A stretch of DNA of 64,000 bases from Eledone cirrhosa (GCA_964016885.1 OZ024747.1:82522001-82586000); one strand, 5' to 3'. Shown: positions 30,703 to 43,971, counted from the stretch's first letter. The notes: generated by a model from the letters alone, not told the origin. Numbers and translations are program-made.

Positions 30703-32702
30703 TTATACTTCTCTTAGGTCAGTGTTGTTTGTTTGGGTGTTGTTGTTGTTCCACTCATTCTTTCTGTTTAGCTTTGGTCTTCTAATTTCTATTTCACTGG
30801 CCTCTCTGATTTGCCTATCTGCTGGGTCATTCCTATGTTTAGATATTATTCTAATTTCTATGTTGTCTATGTTACCGTCATGTTGTTGTCTAGCATGTTC
30901 GTATAGTACTGACCCGTTTTTTCGTCCTTTTAGTTCCCCCCAGTGTTGGTCTATCCTTTCACCTATGCTACGAGCTGTCTCACCTATGTATGTTGTTGTC
31001 ATGTTTCTGCAAGTACCCTCTGTACATCTTATGCTATAGACTACGTTTCTAGTTTTTCAGTTTATCCGGGGGTTCACCTTACATATGATACATTTCCTAT
31101 TGGTACAGTGGGTTTTCTTAAAAGGGTAGGTTTTGCTGATCAGGGATTTTATGGTGGTTCCTGGCTTTTCTACCACCTTTATTTTTAAGTGGGTCTTTCT
31201 CAGGGCCTTTCTACACTGGTTAGCTAATTTCCCTCCAGGGGTGGCGTCCACAAACATGACACTCTGATATCTCTGGTTGTCGTACCATGATGTGGCCTTC
31301 CCTATCTTATGTCTAGCCCTATCTAAGCTATTCCATGATTTGCTCCTGTATAGTGGGCAAATTCCTTTCATGTCCAGTTCTATGAGGGTCTTATACTTTT
31401 CCATGGCTCCTTCGTATACTCTGACTCTGTCTCTTTGGTTGTAGCCAGAGAACTGCATGCGGTTGATGAAGTGTTGGATGTGTCTTTCCATTTCTGTTGG
31501 GTCGCACATGCTGGACACATTCTTCATCACTCGTACCAAATCTGCGATCAGAATATTAAACTTAGCACTACTGGACATTGCTGAGTTTTTGAGTATCAGG
31601 TATTTGGAGGCCATGGGTTTAGCATAGTGTGAGTGGAGAATTTGGGCTCTCTCGTCTATAGTGTTAATCCAGAGTTCTGTGTCTAATACAGGTAGTCTAT
31701 TGTTAGGGTGTTTGGAAGGGAAGTCGATAGTTACAGTTATACTCTGGTGTATGGAATTAGCTATCTGCTGGATGCTTTCCATCGTGCTACGTTCTAAATC
31801 AAACTTGTTAGTGCTCTCTAGTGGGGGTGTTCTTATAACTATATTGATATCGTCTACATAACGAGAGTACATGATGAGGTCTATGGAGCTTTCATTAAGG
31901 AGATCTTTAAGTCTCCTTTCCCACCATACCATGAAAAGGTTGGCAACATCACCAGCTATGCTGACGCCGATGGCTGCTCCCTCATTTTGGGTGTAGATTT
32001 TCTCATTGAACTTAAATATGTGGCCCTTTAGGGTAGTTTTGATACTAGCCCCTATTGCATGTGCGACCATTTTTCTTACCTGATCAGTGTTTTTTTTGGG
32101 GGGGGGGTCCGTATAGCTTTGGTCCACCCAATCCACCTTCCTATGGGAGTCTTTTTTGCCATTGAGGTTATGGTGGGGGGTATACCTCTTATAGGTCTAC
32201 TAGGGCAGAAACATCTAAGGTCATGGCTGTCTAGGTAGTCAGTGTCGTAGGTAAGTCTAAGTAGGAGGCCCAGTTCGTCTGTGTCGACGTCGCAGAACTC
32301 CACCTCACTCTCAATGATCATCTCCACACATCTTTTCACAGCAAAATCAATGTTAATGGATGGGTACAGTGACACCACATCCATGCTGCCTATTATGCAG
32401 TTTGATAGGCTCCTGTTTTTGTTGCACTCACTGATTCTGCTGAGGAGGTCCTCTGTACTTTCACATACATCTGGGGACATCTTGATTATGGGGCGTATAA
32501 CCATTGAGAGGAAGTAGGAGATCCTGTAGTTGCTAGCTATATTAGCTCCGCATACGGGTCTTGTTGGTGGTCCTGTTGTCGGGTCGTTGACTGTCTTGTG
32601 GTCTTTGCGGAGCCCATACAAGGGTGGTATGCCATTGTTAGACGCCTGGAAGTTGTTGGCAGTGCGTCTGCTTGGCTTTAGGATGTCAGTCCACATCATC
32701 AT
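30703..32702 (-). CDS. PLE reverse transcriptase - GIY-YIG endonuclease ORF (5'-truncated; one frameshift, one in-frame TGA)
   Basis: LYGLRKDHK, PTRPV, SMDVVSLYPSI, QNEGAAIG, RYVDD, LPVLD, CTNRKCIIC knuckle, NVVY..C..C..YIGET, ERIDQH, LYEH, RQIREA, LNRKNEW. Confidence 0.9.
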
Positions 32703-33273
32703 TCAAAAAAAAAAAAAAAAATCCTCAACGCTCACATGATGATGTGGACTGACATCCTAAAGCCAAGCAGACGCACTGCCAACAACTTCCAGGCGTCTAA
32801 CAATGGCATACTACCCTTGTATGGGCTCCGCAAAGACCACAAGACAGTCAACGACCCGACAACAGGACCACCAACAAGATAGGCAAATCAGAGAGGCCAG
32901 TGAAATAGAAATTAGAAAACCAAAGCTAAACAGAAAGAATGAGTGGAACAACAACAACACCCAAACAAACAACACTGACCTAAGAGAAGTATAAATAAAT
33001 AAATAAATAAAATAAAATAAAATAAAATAAGATAAATAAATACATACACAAGCACAATAACAACAAGCACATAAACACACACTAGTCACCCAGCAGACAC
33101 AACACTATACACACTAGTCACACAGCACACACAACACTATACACACACGCAAACGCATGCGCAAAGAAGACAAAATAAAATAAACAAACAAGCAAATAAA
33201 TAAATAAATATATAGACAGACTGAATAAAAAATGGCGTAGACATACAACACAACAGGAGGAAAAAATATAACA

Positions 33274-33313
33274 CCACTGACGATGTTGCAGATGTGCAAC
33301 GAAAGATTTATGT
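33274..33313 (+). ncRNA. Minimal hammerhead ribozyme motif (inverted arm copy)
   Basis: Identical motif to 30389-30428. Confidence 0.75.
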
Positions 33314-33580
33314 AAATTATGTAAACTATATATATGTGTTTGTGTCTATATTGTATCTGTATTATTTTTTACCGTCGGTCAGTCAATGACAACATTGAGG
33401 ACCGAGTAAGTTAGATCGCAGATATAAAAGACAGCGAGAAGCGAAAACCAACCAAACAGTGAGTGTGTTCTGTTATTAATTCTGGCAATATTACGCAAAT
33501 ATGACCCTCCCCAAGTATAACAATATCTGTTTCGACACACGATTTCATATAAAAAACCTCGCTAAACTAATTCATCGCCG

Positions 33581-33639
<59 letters not shown>

Positions 33640-33646
<7 letters not shown>

Positions 33647-34085
33647 CAGATTAAGGTTTAAGCAAAGAATCGGTGCTTTCACCCTTAACGGGATCTTCTG
33701 AAACTAACAAAGTCAATCTGTAAACGCAGAACTGGATATTTCAAAAGACGTTGCAACCGGAGGAAGACAGGAAGACGATACTTTGGTTCGTGGAAACGTT
33801 CGCTGGCAAAGAACGGGTAAAAAACGAATATAATACGGCATTAATAGGGGCGGTGAAAAATAATTACGCGCAAAGACAGAACCACGTTTATGGTATAAAA
33901 GAGGTCGTAGACTAATGTTCTCTTAGGTGGTGCATAGAGACGTTCTCTGGCAATGAACGAAAAAAACGAAGATAATACGTCATATGTGGAGCGTGGAGAA
34001 CAAAATAAATATTTGCTCTACGGTTCTTATATATTTGATATATATTTATCCTTATCGAGCCCTCTTTGGATTTTAGTCTTCAAAT
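33640..34085. mobile_element. TA-flanked insertion related to the 23425-23720 family
   Basis: 33640-33705 matches the short arm (minus); 34005-34085 matches the family tail (plus). Confidence 0.6.
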
Positions 34086-34095
34086 TTATTATTAT

Positions 34096-34134
<39 letters not shown>

Positions 34135-34210
34135 TATAGATAGGTAAATATACACGGGTGTGTATGATTGTGTATAGAAGATTATATTAATAAGGTTGGA
34201 ATTCCTCTTA

Positions 34211-34250
<40 letters not shown>

Positions 34251-35343
34251 TATATATGTAGATACACACATACATACATACACAAATATACACTTGCATT
34301 ATATACATGTGCCTTATACACAGCCACACATACACACACACATACACATACATGCCTGATTGTGTGTGTGTGAATGTGGTTGTGCTGGAGTGTGCGTATA
34401 TAACAGAGAAATACATAAAACCAAACCTGTAACCACAAATCAATTCTAATTTATGCGGGCAAAATTCAGGTGTTAATAGAACATTATATCTAAATCTAAA
34501 TCATCGTCTGCGTTTTTCATTCGCTAAAATTTGCAATATTTATTTCATAATGTGCGTTAAAATCTTGGGAAATGGAAACCAAAGTCGTTTGGTAGACGAA
34601 ATTCCTTTGAACTGCCATTTATATGCCGAGTTATTTCATTATATTGTTTTTATTTATATATTTAAGCGTTGTGTCCAACTGCCTATCTATGTAAACGAAA
34701 CGAATTTTTATAGACATTGTCATCCCGCCAACACTAACTCACTGTCTATCTCGCCATTATGACTTACCTTACATTCTATTGAATAATGCGAAAGGAAAAA
34801 AAAATTATCGCGTCTCTCTATGCATATGTGTGCGTATGTGTATTATATATGGTGTGCGTATGTGTATTATATATGGTGTACTTTGTTACGTTCATATTAT
34901 GTAAATGCATTTATAGAATACACTTACAATATATCTGTTACCGTTATATATAAGTAATATATATATATATATATATATACAGTATTTACGTATCGAGAGA
35001 GAGAAAAAAGGGGAGGATAGGTGATACATATAGTTATTTGCCAAGTAGCGTATGCCAAAGGTGCTCGATACTAGTGCCGGCAGTATTAAATATTCGAAGT
35101 GTTAATATTTAGTGGGCTAGAGAGTTAGCAGAGCGTAAGCACGTGGAAAAGTAAGAAATCGGAGAATAGACCGTTAAAACATGTTTATTTAAAACAGCAC
35201 CTACGTACGTTTCACCCAGTTGAGCTTCTCAAGGGCATAAATAACCCAAAGTGTTCCTTACATTGCTCGGAAAGAGGTTTGGGGTTAAATCCACGTCAAG
35301 GTTCATTGCTCGCAAAAATAGGTTGTTTTGATTTTGCAGCAAA

Positions 35344-35421
<78 letters not shown>

Positions 35422-37494
35422 TACATGAGTGTGGGGTGGATAGAGAAGAGAAGGGGATATACAAACAAATAGATAGAAAGGGAGACAGTGAGGTGAGAAA
35501 TATAAATGTCTCTATAAAAAGGTTATCATTATAGGAATCTTCAACATACGTTAATAAATACAAAGAGGGTGAGGACAGTTGATTTTGATAATAATTCATA
35601 AATGATCACCACACTAAAGTAATAATTCTGTTGTTTACTATTCGTTTGCTTAATTTTAACGAGGAAATGTATTTCAGCTGGGTGGCTAAACTAATATTAA
35701 CGAAGGATTTTATAGTTTCGTTGAGAGGAACATGTAAACAAATTATGATTTAAAAAAGTTCGGGATATAAATCTTTAATAGATAGCTTATTGGGGAAAGA
35801 TTACGTTTATTTAATGACTACAACAATTATATCAACAGTATGGATGAAGTAAATATAATAGCAACAGACATATTTGACACTTTGAAATAAGGAGATTATA
35901 GAGCTCTGGACAATAAGCAACATTGGAATCTTTTTTTTTTCAGACGCACAGATAAAAGACGTGGTGACAACTATGATAGTATTGTTTATTAAAAATAGAT
36001 TTTAATTGTTTAAGCAAACAAGTCATAAGCCATCACTTTGACATGTCTGGTTTTCAATCTAGAGTTCTTATGTTAGATTATAATTCGATATCAAGAGCAT
36101 ACATCATTGCTGGCAGCAATTGGTGCTGGCTACTAGCTCTAACCTACTTTAATGTTGTCAATCAATTAGCTCACACAAGTCCACATCAATCAACAGCATT
36201 TGAAAAGATTATTTCATATGCTTCGTTTAACTTGATACTCTGTCGTGTAATTTAAATGTTTCTAATTACACAACTTCTGCTAACTTATTTAATGACAACT
36301 ACAAATAACCATTTTAACTTTTAAGTCTATAACACTTCTAAGTTAAACAATATAGCGAGTGGCAGCTGGTGGTCATTAGACGTAACTAATTTAGTTGTAA
36401 ATCTTGGCTAGAATGAATTAACGAATAGATTTAAGATAACACTTGCAAAATGTAATCTATCACTAGCATGTAAACCCATTTAGTTTTGCTGTAAAGATTG
36501 TTTTAGGATAAAATTCAAGTTAATGTGATCACGTGATCATTAAATAGACTATCGTGATTTCTAATGTCTTTTGACTTCTATACTTAGCACATCCAAAGCA
36601 CACACTCTCTGGTTTAGACATAGTCGTTTTATAAACACTTTTACAAAGAGAAAGTAGAGATGCTTTTGACAACACAAACAAGAGAGGTTAATTATACATT
36701 TCCCCATGTCGTATATGACACAATCTATTATCGTAGAACGTGCAACATATTTGATTATCTTTGATTTTTCGAAAATAGCATTGATTATGACTAAAAGCTT
36801 CAGAACAGAAAACTGCTGTTAAAGCTAGGTATAGATTATAGGAGAGTGTTGGCTATGGTAGCCTTGTATTATTGTAAAATTTAAATTATATGTAATATGT
36901 AATATCGAATATCTGCAGCCCAGTAGTAAAGTTGTAAAAAAAGAAGTAATAGGGGAAAGGAAAATTGAAGCTTTGATGTCTTGTACCCTGTTATGTGTAC
37001 AATACATGTGTAATACTGTTATGTGAAAAGTCAATCTTGTACCCTTTATGTGGATGTAAACATCCAGTCATTCAATGGAGATTTTTTTCTTTTTTTCTTT
37101 GGGCTTCATCCAAAGAGATTATTTACTCAGTAGTTTCTTTGTCTTGACTGACTTGATGAAATTGTCTATCGTTGTCTTATCACTCTTACTGTATCTCACA
37201 TTACAAAGCCAGCTTTAAACAACCAGCTAATTCTTTCATATTTCCCAGAACTGCAGTAACTCTATAAATATTTCTTGGTGCACACTAAGAGACATTGAAA
37301 TGAACACTAAGAGACATTGCCCCTAAGATTCCTCCACCGACCAAAACAAAAACAACAACAAATGTTTACCACATAACATTCCTCCATTCTGAGTAATTTA
37401 GATATTCTCAATGCAAAACTAACTGCATTTAATTAATTCATTTGTAAATATCATTGTCTAAAAGTCAATAACTGATTAATTAAGTTAATGGCTT

Positions 37495-37615
37495 CTAGAG
37501 ATACAACTTTTGGGGGAGGATAAAGTCGGTAAAATCGACCCAGTGCATTACTGGTACTTTATTTTATCGAGCCCGTAAAGTTGAAAGGCAAAGCTAAACT
37601 CGGTGCGATTTGAAT
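37495..37615 (-). mobile_element. Degenerate SINE
   Basis: CCCAGTGCATTACTGGTACTTTATTTTATCGA...GAAAGGCAAAG. Confidence 0.7.
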
Positions 37616-38209
37616 AAAAAATAATACGAACGGAGTATCTGTTTGGTTACAAGATCACGGGCAAATCTCACGCAAACCACAGCCTATTGTCTCTACTGGC
37701 CATAGACTTATGCATCAACAATGGCCACTGCTCGAAGTACTTGCGTAATATATTTCTTCAACGGACAAAAATGGACGAAACTGCTGTTAAAAAAAAAAAA
37801 AAAGGTGTCAAGTATCGTTCGTCTCATGCTTTCCAAATGATGGGTCGAACGCCATTTTGGTTTTTTCTTGGAGAAAAGTCATGACTTTCTAATGCTTTGA
37901 ACTTTGAACACCAAGTTGATACTAAATTTCAACGAGTGAAGGAACATGGCTTTACCCGATTGTCTTTGTGTATGTAACTTTCGCCATTCAGGATTTGTAA
38001 AACTGATACTTATTAATTCATAATTTTTATTGCTTGCAAAGCAATCTCTTTGCACCCAGATACTCCACAGACGAGAAACTGTAGGATTATTATCTGCATA
38101 ACAGAAGATATAGCTTTGTCTTTGTAATAGAAAAATATTTTATGGCAACTGTATTTATAGATAACTGAGCACATAATTCTCTGTATATATATGTATATAT
38201 ATTATATAT

Positions 38210-38351
<142 letters not shown>

Positions 38352-38685
38352 GTTTAGTGTAATGTGAAAATTCTAATATTTAATTATTCAATACTACGAT
38401 ATAAAGCTTTAGTAATATCATAAGATATCATCTACTTAAGACGATTTATATAACTTTGTATGGGTTTTGAATATACGTCAATGTATGTGTGAGAGAGTGT
38501 GTGTGTGTGAGTGTATGTGCGTGTGTGCGTGTCTATGTGTGTGTGTGAATGTGTGTACGTGTGCGTGTGTGTGTATGTGTGTAGACCAGCACCACCAAAT
38601 CTTATTACAAGACCAAACTTTAAGACTACATCTTCAACTATTGAAATCGGATCATTTGCTGATTGTTCATTGTGCTGGCATTATT

Positions 38686-38875
38686 AGTGGAGTGGCAGTA
38701 TCGGTGGAGGGTCGGACGCCATGCTTTCAAGCATAGAGTTACGGCCCTTTATAGTCTGAGTTCAAATCCTATCGAGGCTAACTTTACCTATCATCCTTAC
38801 GGGGTCGATAAAATAAAGTACCAGTAATGCATTGGGTTATTTGCTGGCCTTTTGCAAAAAGTAGAAACAATTATT
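38686..38875 (+). mobile_element. Near full-length SINE
   Basis: Family consensus match from TGGCAGTATCGG to GTAGAAACAATTATT. Confidence 0.88.
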
Positions 38876-38894
38876 ACTGTCTGTTCCTGTTTAA

Positions 38895-39615
38895 TGGTGG
38901 TGGTGGTGGTGGTGGTGGTGGTGGTGGTGGTGGTGGTGGTGGTGGTGGTGGTGGTGGTGGTGGTGGTGGTGGTGTTGGTGGTGGTGGTGGTGGTGGTGTT
39001 GGTGGTGGTGGTGGTGGTGGTGGTGGTGGTGGTGTTGGTGGTGGTGGTGTTGGTGGTGTTGGTGGTGGTGGTGGTGGTGGTGGTAGTGTTGTTGTTGTTG
39101 GTCATGCTGGAGGTGGTAGTGGTGGTGGTGGTGGTAGTGTTGTTGTTGGTCATGCTGGAGGTGGTAGTGGTGGTGGTGGTGGTAGTGGTGGTAGTGGTGA
39201 TGGTTGGTGGTAGTGTTGTTGTTGTTGGTCATGCTGGAGGTGGTAGTGGTGGTGGTGGTGGTGGTGGTGGTAGTGGTGATGGTGGTGGTGGTAGTGTTGT
39301 TGTTGTTGGTCATGCTGGAGGTGGTAGTGGTGGTGGTGGTGGTGGTGGTGGTGGTAGTGGTGATGGTGGTGGTGGTGGTAGTGTTGTTGTTGTTGGTCAA
39401 GCTGGAGGTGTTAGTGGTGGTGGTGGTGGTGGTGGTGGTGTTGTTGTTGTTGGTCAAGCTGGAGGTGGTAGTGGTGGTGGTGGTGGTGGTGGTGGTGGTG
39501 GTGTTGTTGTTGGTCAAGCTGGAGGTGGTAGTGGTGGTAGTGGTGGTGGTGGTGGTGCTGGTGATGGTGGTGGTGGTAGTGTTGTTGTTGTTGGTCAAGC
39601 TGGAGGTGTTAGTGG

Positions 39616-39646
<31 letters not shown>

Positions 39647-40912
39647 GATGGTGGTGGTGGTGTTGTTGGTCAAGCTGGAGGTGGTAGTGGTGGTAGTGGT
39701 GGTGGTGGTGGTGCTGGTGATGGTGGTGGTGGTGGTGGTGTTGTTGTTGGTCAAGCTGGAGGTGGTAGTGGTGGTGGTGGTGGTGGTAGTGTTGTTGTTG
39801 GTCAAGCTGGAGGTGGTAGTGGTGGTGGTGGTGGTGGTGGTGGTGGTGGTGGTGGTGTTGTTGTTGGTCAAGCTGGAGGTGGTAGTGGTGGTAGTGGTGG
39901 TGGTGGTGGTGCTGGTGATGGTGGTGGTGGTGGTGGTGTTGTTGTTGGTCAAGCTGGAGGTGGTAGTGGTGGTGGTGGTGGTGGTAGTGTTGTTGTTGGT
40001 CAAGCTGGAGGTGGTAGTAGTGGTAGTGGTGGTGGTGGTGGTGCTGGTGATGGTGGTGGTGGTAGTGTTGTTGTTGTTGGTCAAGCTGGAGGTGGTAGTG
40101 GTGGTAGTGGTGTTGGTGGTGGTGCTGGTGATGGTGGTGGTGGTAGTGTTGTTGGTCAGGCTGGAGGTGGTAGTGGTGGTAGTGGTGGTGGTGGTGGTGC
40201 TGGTGATGGTGGTGATGGTAGTGGTGCTGGTCAAGCTGGAGGTGGTAGCGGTGGTAGTGGTGGTGGTGGTGGTGCTGGTGATGGTAGTGTTGTTGGTCAG
40301 GCTGGAGGTGGTAGTGGTGGTAGTGGTGGTGGTGGTGGTGCTGGTGATGGTGGTGATGGTAGTGGTGCTGGTCAAGCTGGAGGTGGTAGCGGTGGTAGTG
40401 GTGGTGGTGGTGCTGGTGATGGTGGTGATGGTAGTGTTGTTGGTCAGGCTGGAGGTGGTAGTGGTGGTAGTGGTGGTGGTGGTGGTGCTGGTGATGGTGG
40501 TGATGGTAGTGGTGCTGGTCAAGCTGGAGGTGGTAGCGGTGGTAGTGGTGGTGGTGGTGGTGCTGGTGATGGTGGTGATGGTAGTGGTGCTGGTCAAGCT
40601 GGAGGTGGTAGCGGTGGTAGTGGTGGTGGTGGTGGTGCTGGTGATGGTGGTGATGATAGTGTTGTTGGTCACGCTGGAGGTGGTAGCGGTGGTAGTGGTG
40701 GTGGTGGTGGTGCTGGTGATGGTGGTGATGGTAGTGGTGCTGGTCAAGCTGGAGGTGGTAGCGGTGGTAGTGGTGGTGGTGGTGGTGCTGGTGATGGTGG
40801 TGATGGTAGTGGTGCTGGTCAAGCTGGAGGTGGTAGCGGTGGTAGTGGTGGTGGTGGTGGTGCTGGTGATGGTGGTGATGGTAGTGGTGCTGGTCAAGCT
40901 GGAGGTGGTGGT
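38895..40912. repeat. 2-kb (GGT)n-derived higher-order minisatellite
   Basis: Pure GGT run grading into units anchored by GGTCA(T/A/G/C)GCTGGAGGT. Confidence 0.95.
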
Positions 40913-41242
40913 TATAATGGTATGGTGAGAGGGTTTATTTCTATTTCTGCGTTGTTTCGTTCCTAATTTTTTTTATTATTAAAGTTATTGCTGATATTGT
41001 CGATAATTCTTGTTAGTCTAGTGCTGTGTTGATCTTGCTGCTGTTATTGATGGCGGTGGAGAAACTTTCACAAATCTCAAAATAAATTGGAAACGCGTCT
41101 AAGAAATTATATATTTTTTTCTTCATCAAAATACCAAATATTTAACAGTAATGATAAATCTAACCTGTCTCGTTTTTTCCCTTTCGCCTCTAACATTATT
41201 TCACGTAATTTCATATCTTCCATCCAATAAAACCCAAACCTG

Positions 41243-41303
<61 letters not shown>

Positions 41304-41333
41304 GCTCACATATATATACATACACATATGTAT

Positions 41334-41368
<35 letters not shown>

Positions 41369-41399
41369 CGCTCACATATATATACATACACATATATAT

Positions 41400-41516
<117 letters not shown>

Positions 41517-41527
41517 CATATATCATC

Positions 41528-41559
<32 letters not shown>

Positions 41560-42989
41560 ATATACACATATATATCATAATAATCATCGTTTAACGTCCA
41601 TCTTCCACGCTATCATGGGTATATATATAATTAAGTGTATATTAATGTATATGTTCATATATATGCGTGTGTATCTCTATGTATGTGTCTGTGTGTGAAT
41701 ATTTGTATATACATAAAGGATGATGAATGTGGATGAATGTGGTAACGATAAGTATTTCGTAAATGTGTTTCAGTACGCTATTTATAATCAAACATTTCTA
41801 AAGAATAATATATTTTATATATTGGATATATAGGAGATACACTATAGTTAAGGGTCAGAATTTAGACAATGCAGAATTTGATTTTGTCTATTTTCATACT
41901 AAGATCAAATAAGGAAAATGATCTCGCATCAATTTCGACGATGAGTGTTCGAATCGTTTAACCAACGAAGTAACATGGAGTGGATGAATGAGGCTCTACG
42001 CATTCTTCGACATGCTCAAATCACAGGTCATAGCCTTAGAGAAAGGAAATATACGTTAGTGAATGTAGTCCGAGACATACAAAGACATGGAATAATTTAC
42101 CTCTTTATAGTCTCGGATTAGGTGTTGAATTGGCAGAGTAACTAGAACCTTGGATAGAATGCTCTATGGTGTTCTAAACACGCCAAGGTTAACGTTGCGT
42201 TTCATCCTTTTGAGATCGATAAAAATGTAACAGTCCCGCACGGGGTTCTATTCTTTCTCTATGTCCTTTTATCTCTTTCTTTCTATCACTCACTATCTCT
42301 TCTTCTCTGGAAGAATTTGGCGGGAGTTCAGCCCTGGAGAGAGGATGGTCTGCGCAAGGTCGAAAATGTCTGAGACACGCTATATATCACTGACCCGCGT
42401 CTATATATATATATATACATAGTTTCACATTAATGTTTCATTTTTTTTACATTTCTAAACAATGGTCACTGTGCTCTGCTTATTTGTCAGTATAAAAATT
42501 ATTTCATCTGTTGCCTCTCTCTTTAGACTCTTCCCTCTGCATAATCAGATCAATTTTCTCTTAAAGAACATGTACATAGTTTAAAATGGCCGCTTTTACA
42601 AATTCTTTTTTGTTTATTGTATGTTTTTTGTCCCACTTTTGGATTAAAATCGTCCATAATTTTCTGTGTTATAACTTCTGGTTAAAGAGCTCATTTCTTT
42701 ATACATACACAACATCTGGATAACAAGATGTTGATGCATATAATTATATTATATACCTTATTTTCCCATTCGGTAGCTTAATAATCACTGACAATTAAGT
42801 TATTAAACCTGACGATATTTGGTACTATATCTTAATGTATGAGGAATCAACACTACCTTGCTTGCCACTTTAATTTCCATTTATACAGAGTCGACGTCCC
42901 TCCTTCATTGTTCAATTTTTCACCTCTTATTCCATGCATCCCCGGGATGTCTTGATTTATGTGTTCAAATTTTGTTTCTAGTTCATAGA

Positions 42990-43830
42990 GTCTCATTTAC
43001 GCTTTGCTAATGACATCACCCTCTCCTCAAATGATGCTCATGAACTGGAACAAATGCTAAATGAACTGATATTAAAAGCATCGAGGCGGTACAAAAATAA
43101 TTGTGTGGGGAAAAACAAACGTCATATTGACAACTGACAAATATATCTTGGACAGTTAATAAAAGTAGAATACAGCTGTTTAGACAAAGTGAAAAGACGA
43201 ATCCGAGCTAGATTGTGAGCTTTCAGTAAATTAAATATCTTAAGAAGTAACATGTATGTCTGTAGTGCAGGATGTTTCACTTGCACATAATACCAACAAT
43301 AACTTTCTTTCCACGGTTTAATCAAAGAAGGAGAAGCAATGTCAACGACCTTTTTCAGGGTATCTGTAAATAGTGGAAGGAATTTATCTTCAAACTGGTC
43401 CGAATGCCTACAGCCCTGCTGACACCGCTAAAGGTACGTAAGTGCAAGGGTTGGACATATGGATGGACATATTATTAGAAAAATATTTTGGAAATCTGGA
43501 TGTTTGAGAATACTAAAAAAAAAAAACAGAAAAAATAAAACAAAAAAATAAATAAATAAAAACAGAAAAGAAATTGACAATAGATAAGAAAACCGACGAT
43601 TGCAACAGACATCATAAACTATATTAAAAATAGAAAATAGTGGTGGCTAGGGCGTGTGGATTGAAAGTTTTGTGCAGAATGAATATAAAGGGAGTGAATT
43701 TCACACAATCTGGAAGACAGCAGACAAGATGGAGAGATGTGATCGATAAGATTCGGGGGTGATATATGGATGACAACAGCACAAGAGAGGAACAATTGGC
43801 TGCGACACAGTGTGGTATTCACTTTACAGT
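42990..43830 (+). mobile_element. Highly decayed RTE-like LINE fragment
   Basis: RFANDITL and ELEQMLNEL RT remnant; 3' AGATGGAGAGAT...TGGATGACAACAGCACAAGAGAGG resembles the RTE C-terminus. Confidence 0.55.
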
Positions 43831-43971
43831 GAATAGCTAATAGCAGACGACAATACTGCTGGAGATGATGGTGATGATAATGGTGAAGGTGGTGATTTTA
43901 CTTGTACAGGGAGTTATGCTGGTGGTTCAACAGGTCTTAGTAGTGGTGCAGATGGTGGCCAGGGAGATAGA

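Larger units (their letters stand above)
30181..33581 (-). mobile_element. Penelope-like retroelement, 5'-truncated, with inverted internally deleted second copy
   Basis: RT and GIY-YIG ORFs on minus strand; 30181-30818 inverted at 32878-33520; 32570-32702 inverted at 32736-32877; both ends in (TA)n. Confidence 0.93.

Noticed and set aside
30620-33299. ORFs antisense to the PLE or within its UTR arms
   Set aside because: Shadow frames of the PLE ORF and low-complexity UTR with no recognisable motifs.
33455-33506. SECIS candidate starting at GTGA
   Set aside because: No GA placed to form the non-Watson-Crick quartet, and the 3' TGA is absent in the other arm.
38852-40966. 704, 668 and 574-aa ORFs as genuine CDS
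   Set aside because: All overlap a GGT repeat open in several frames; the longest starts inside a SINE and changes from poly-Val to Gly-rich at an indel.
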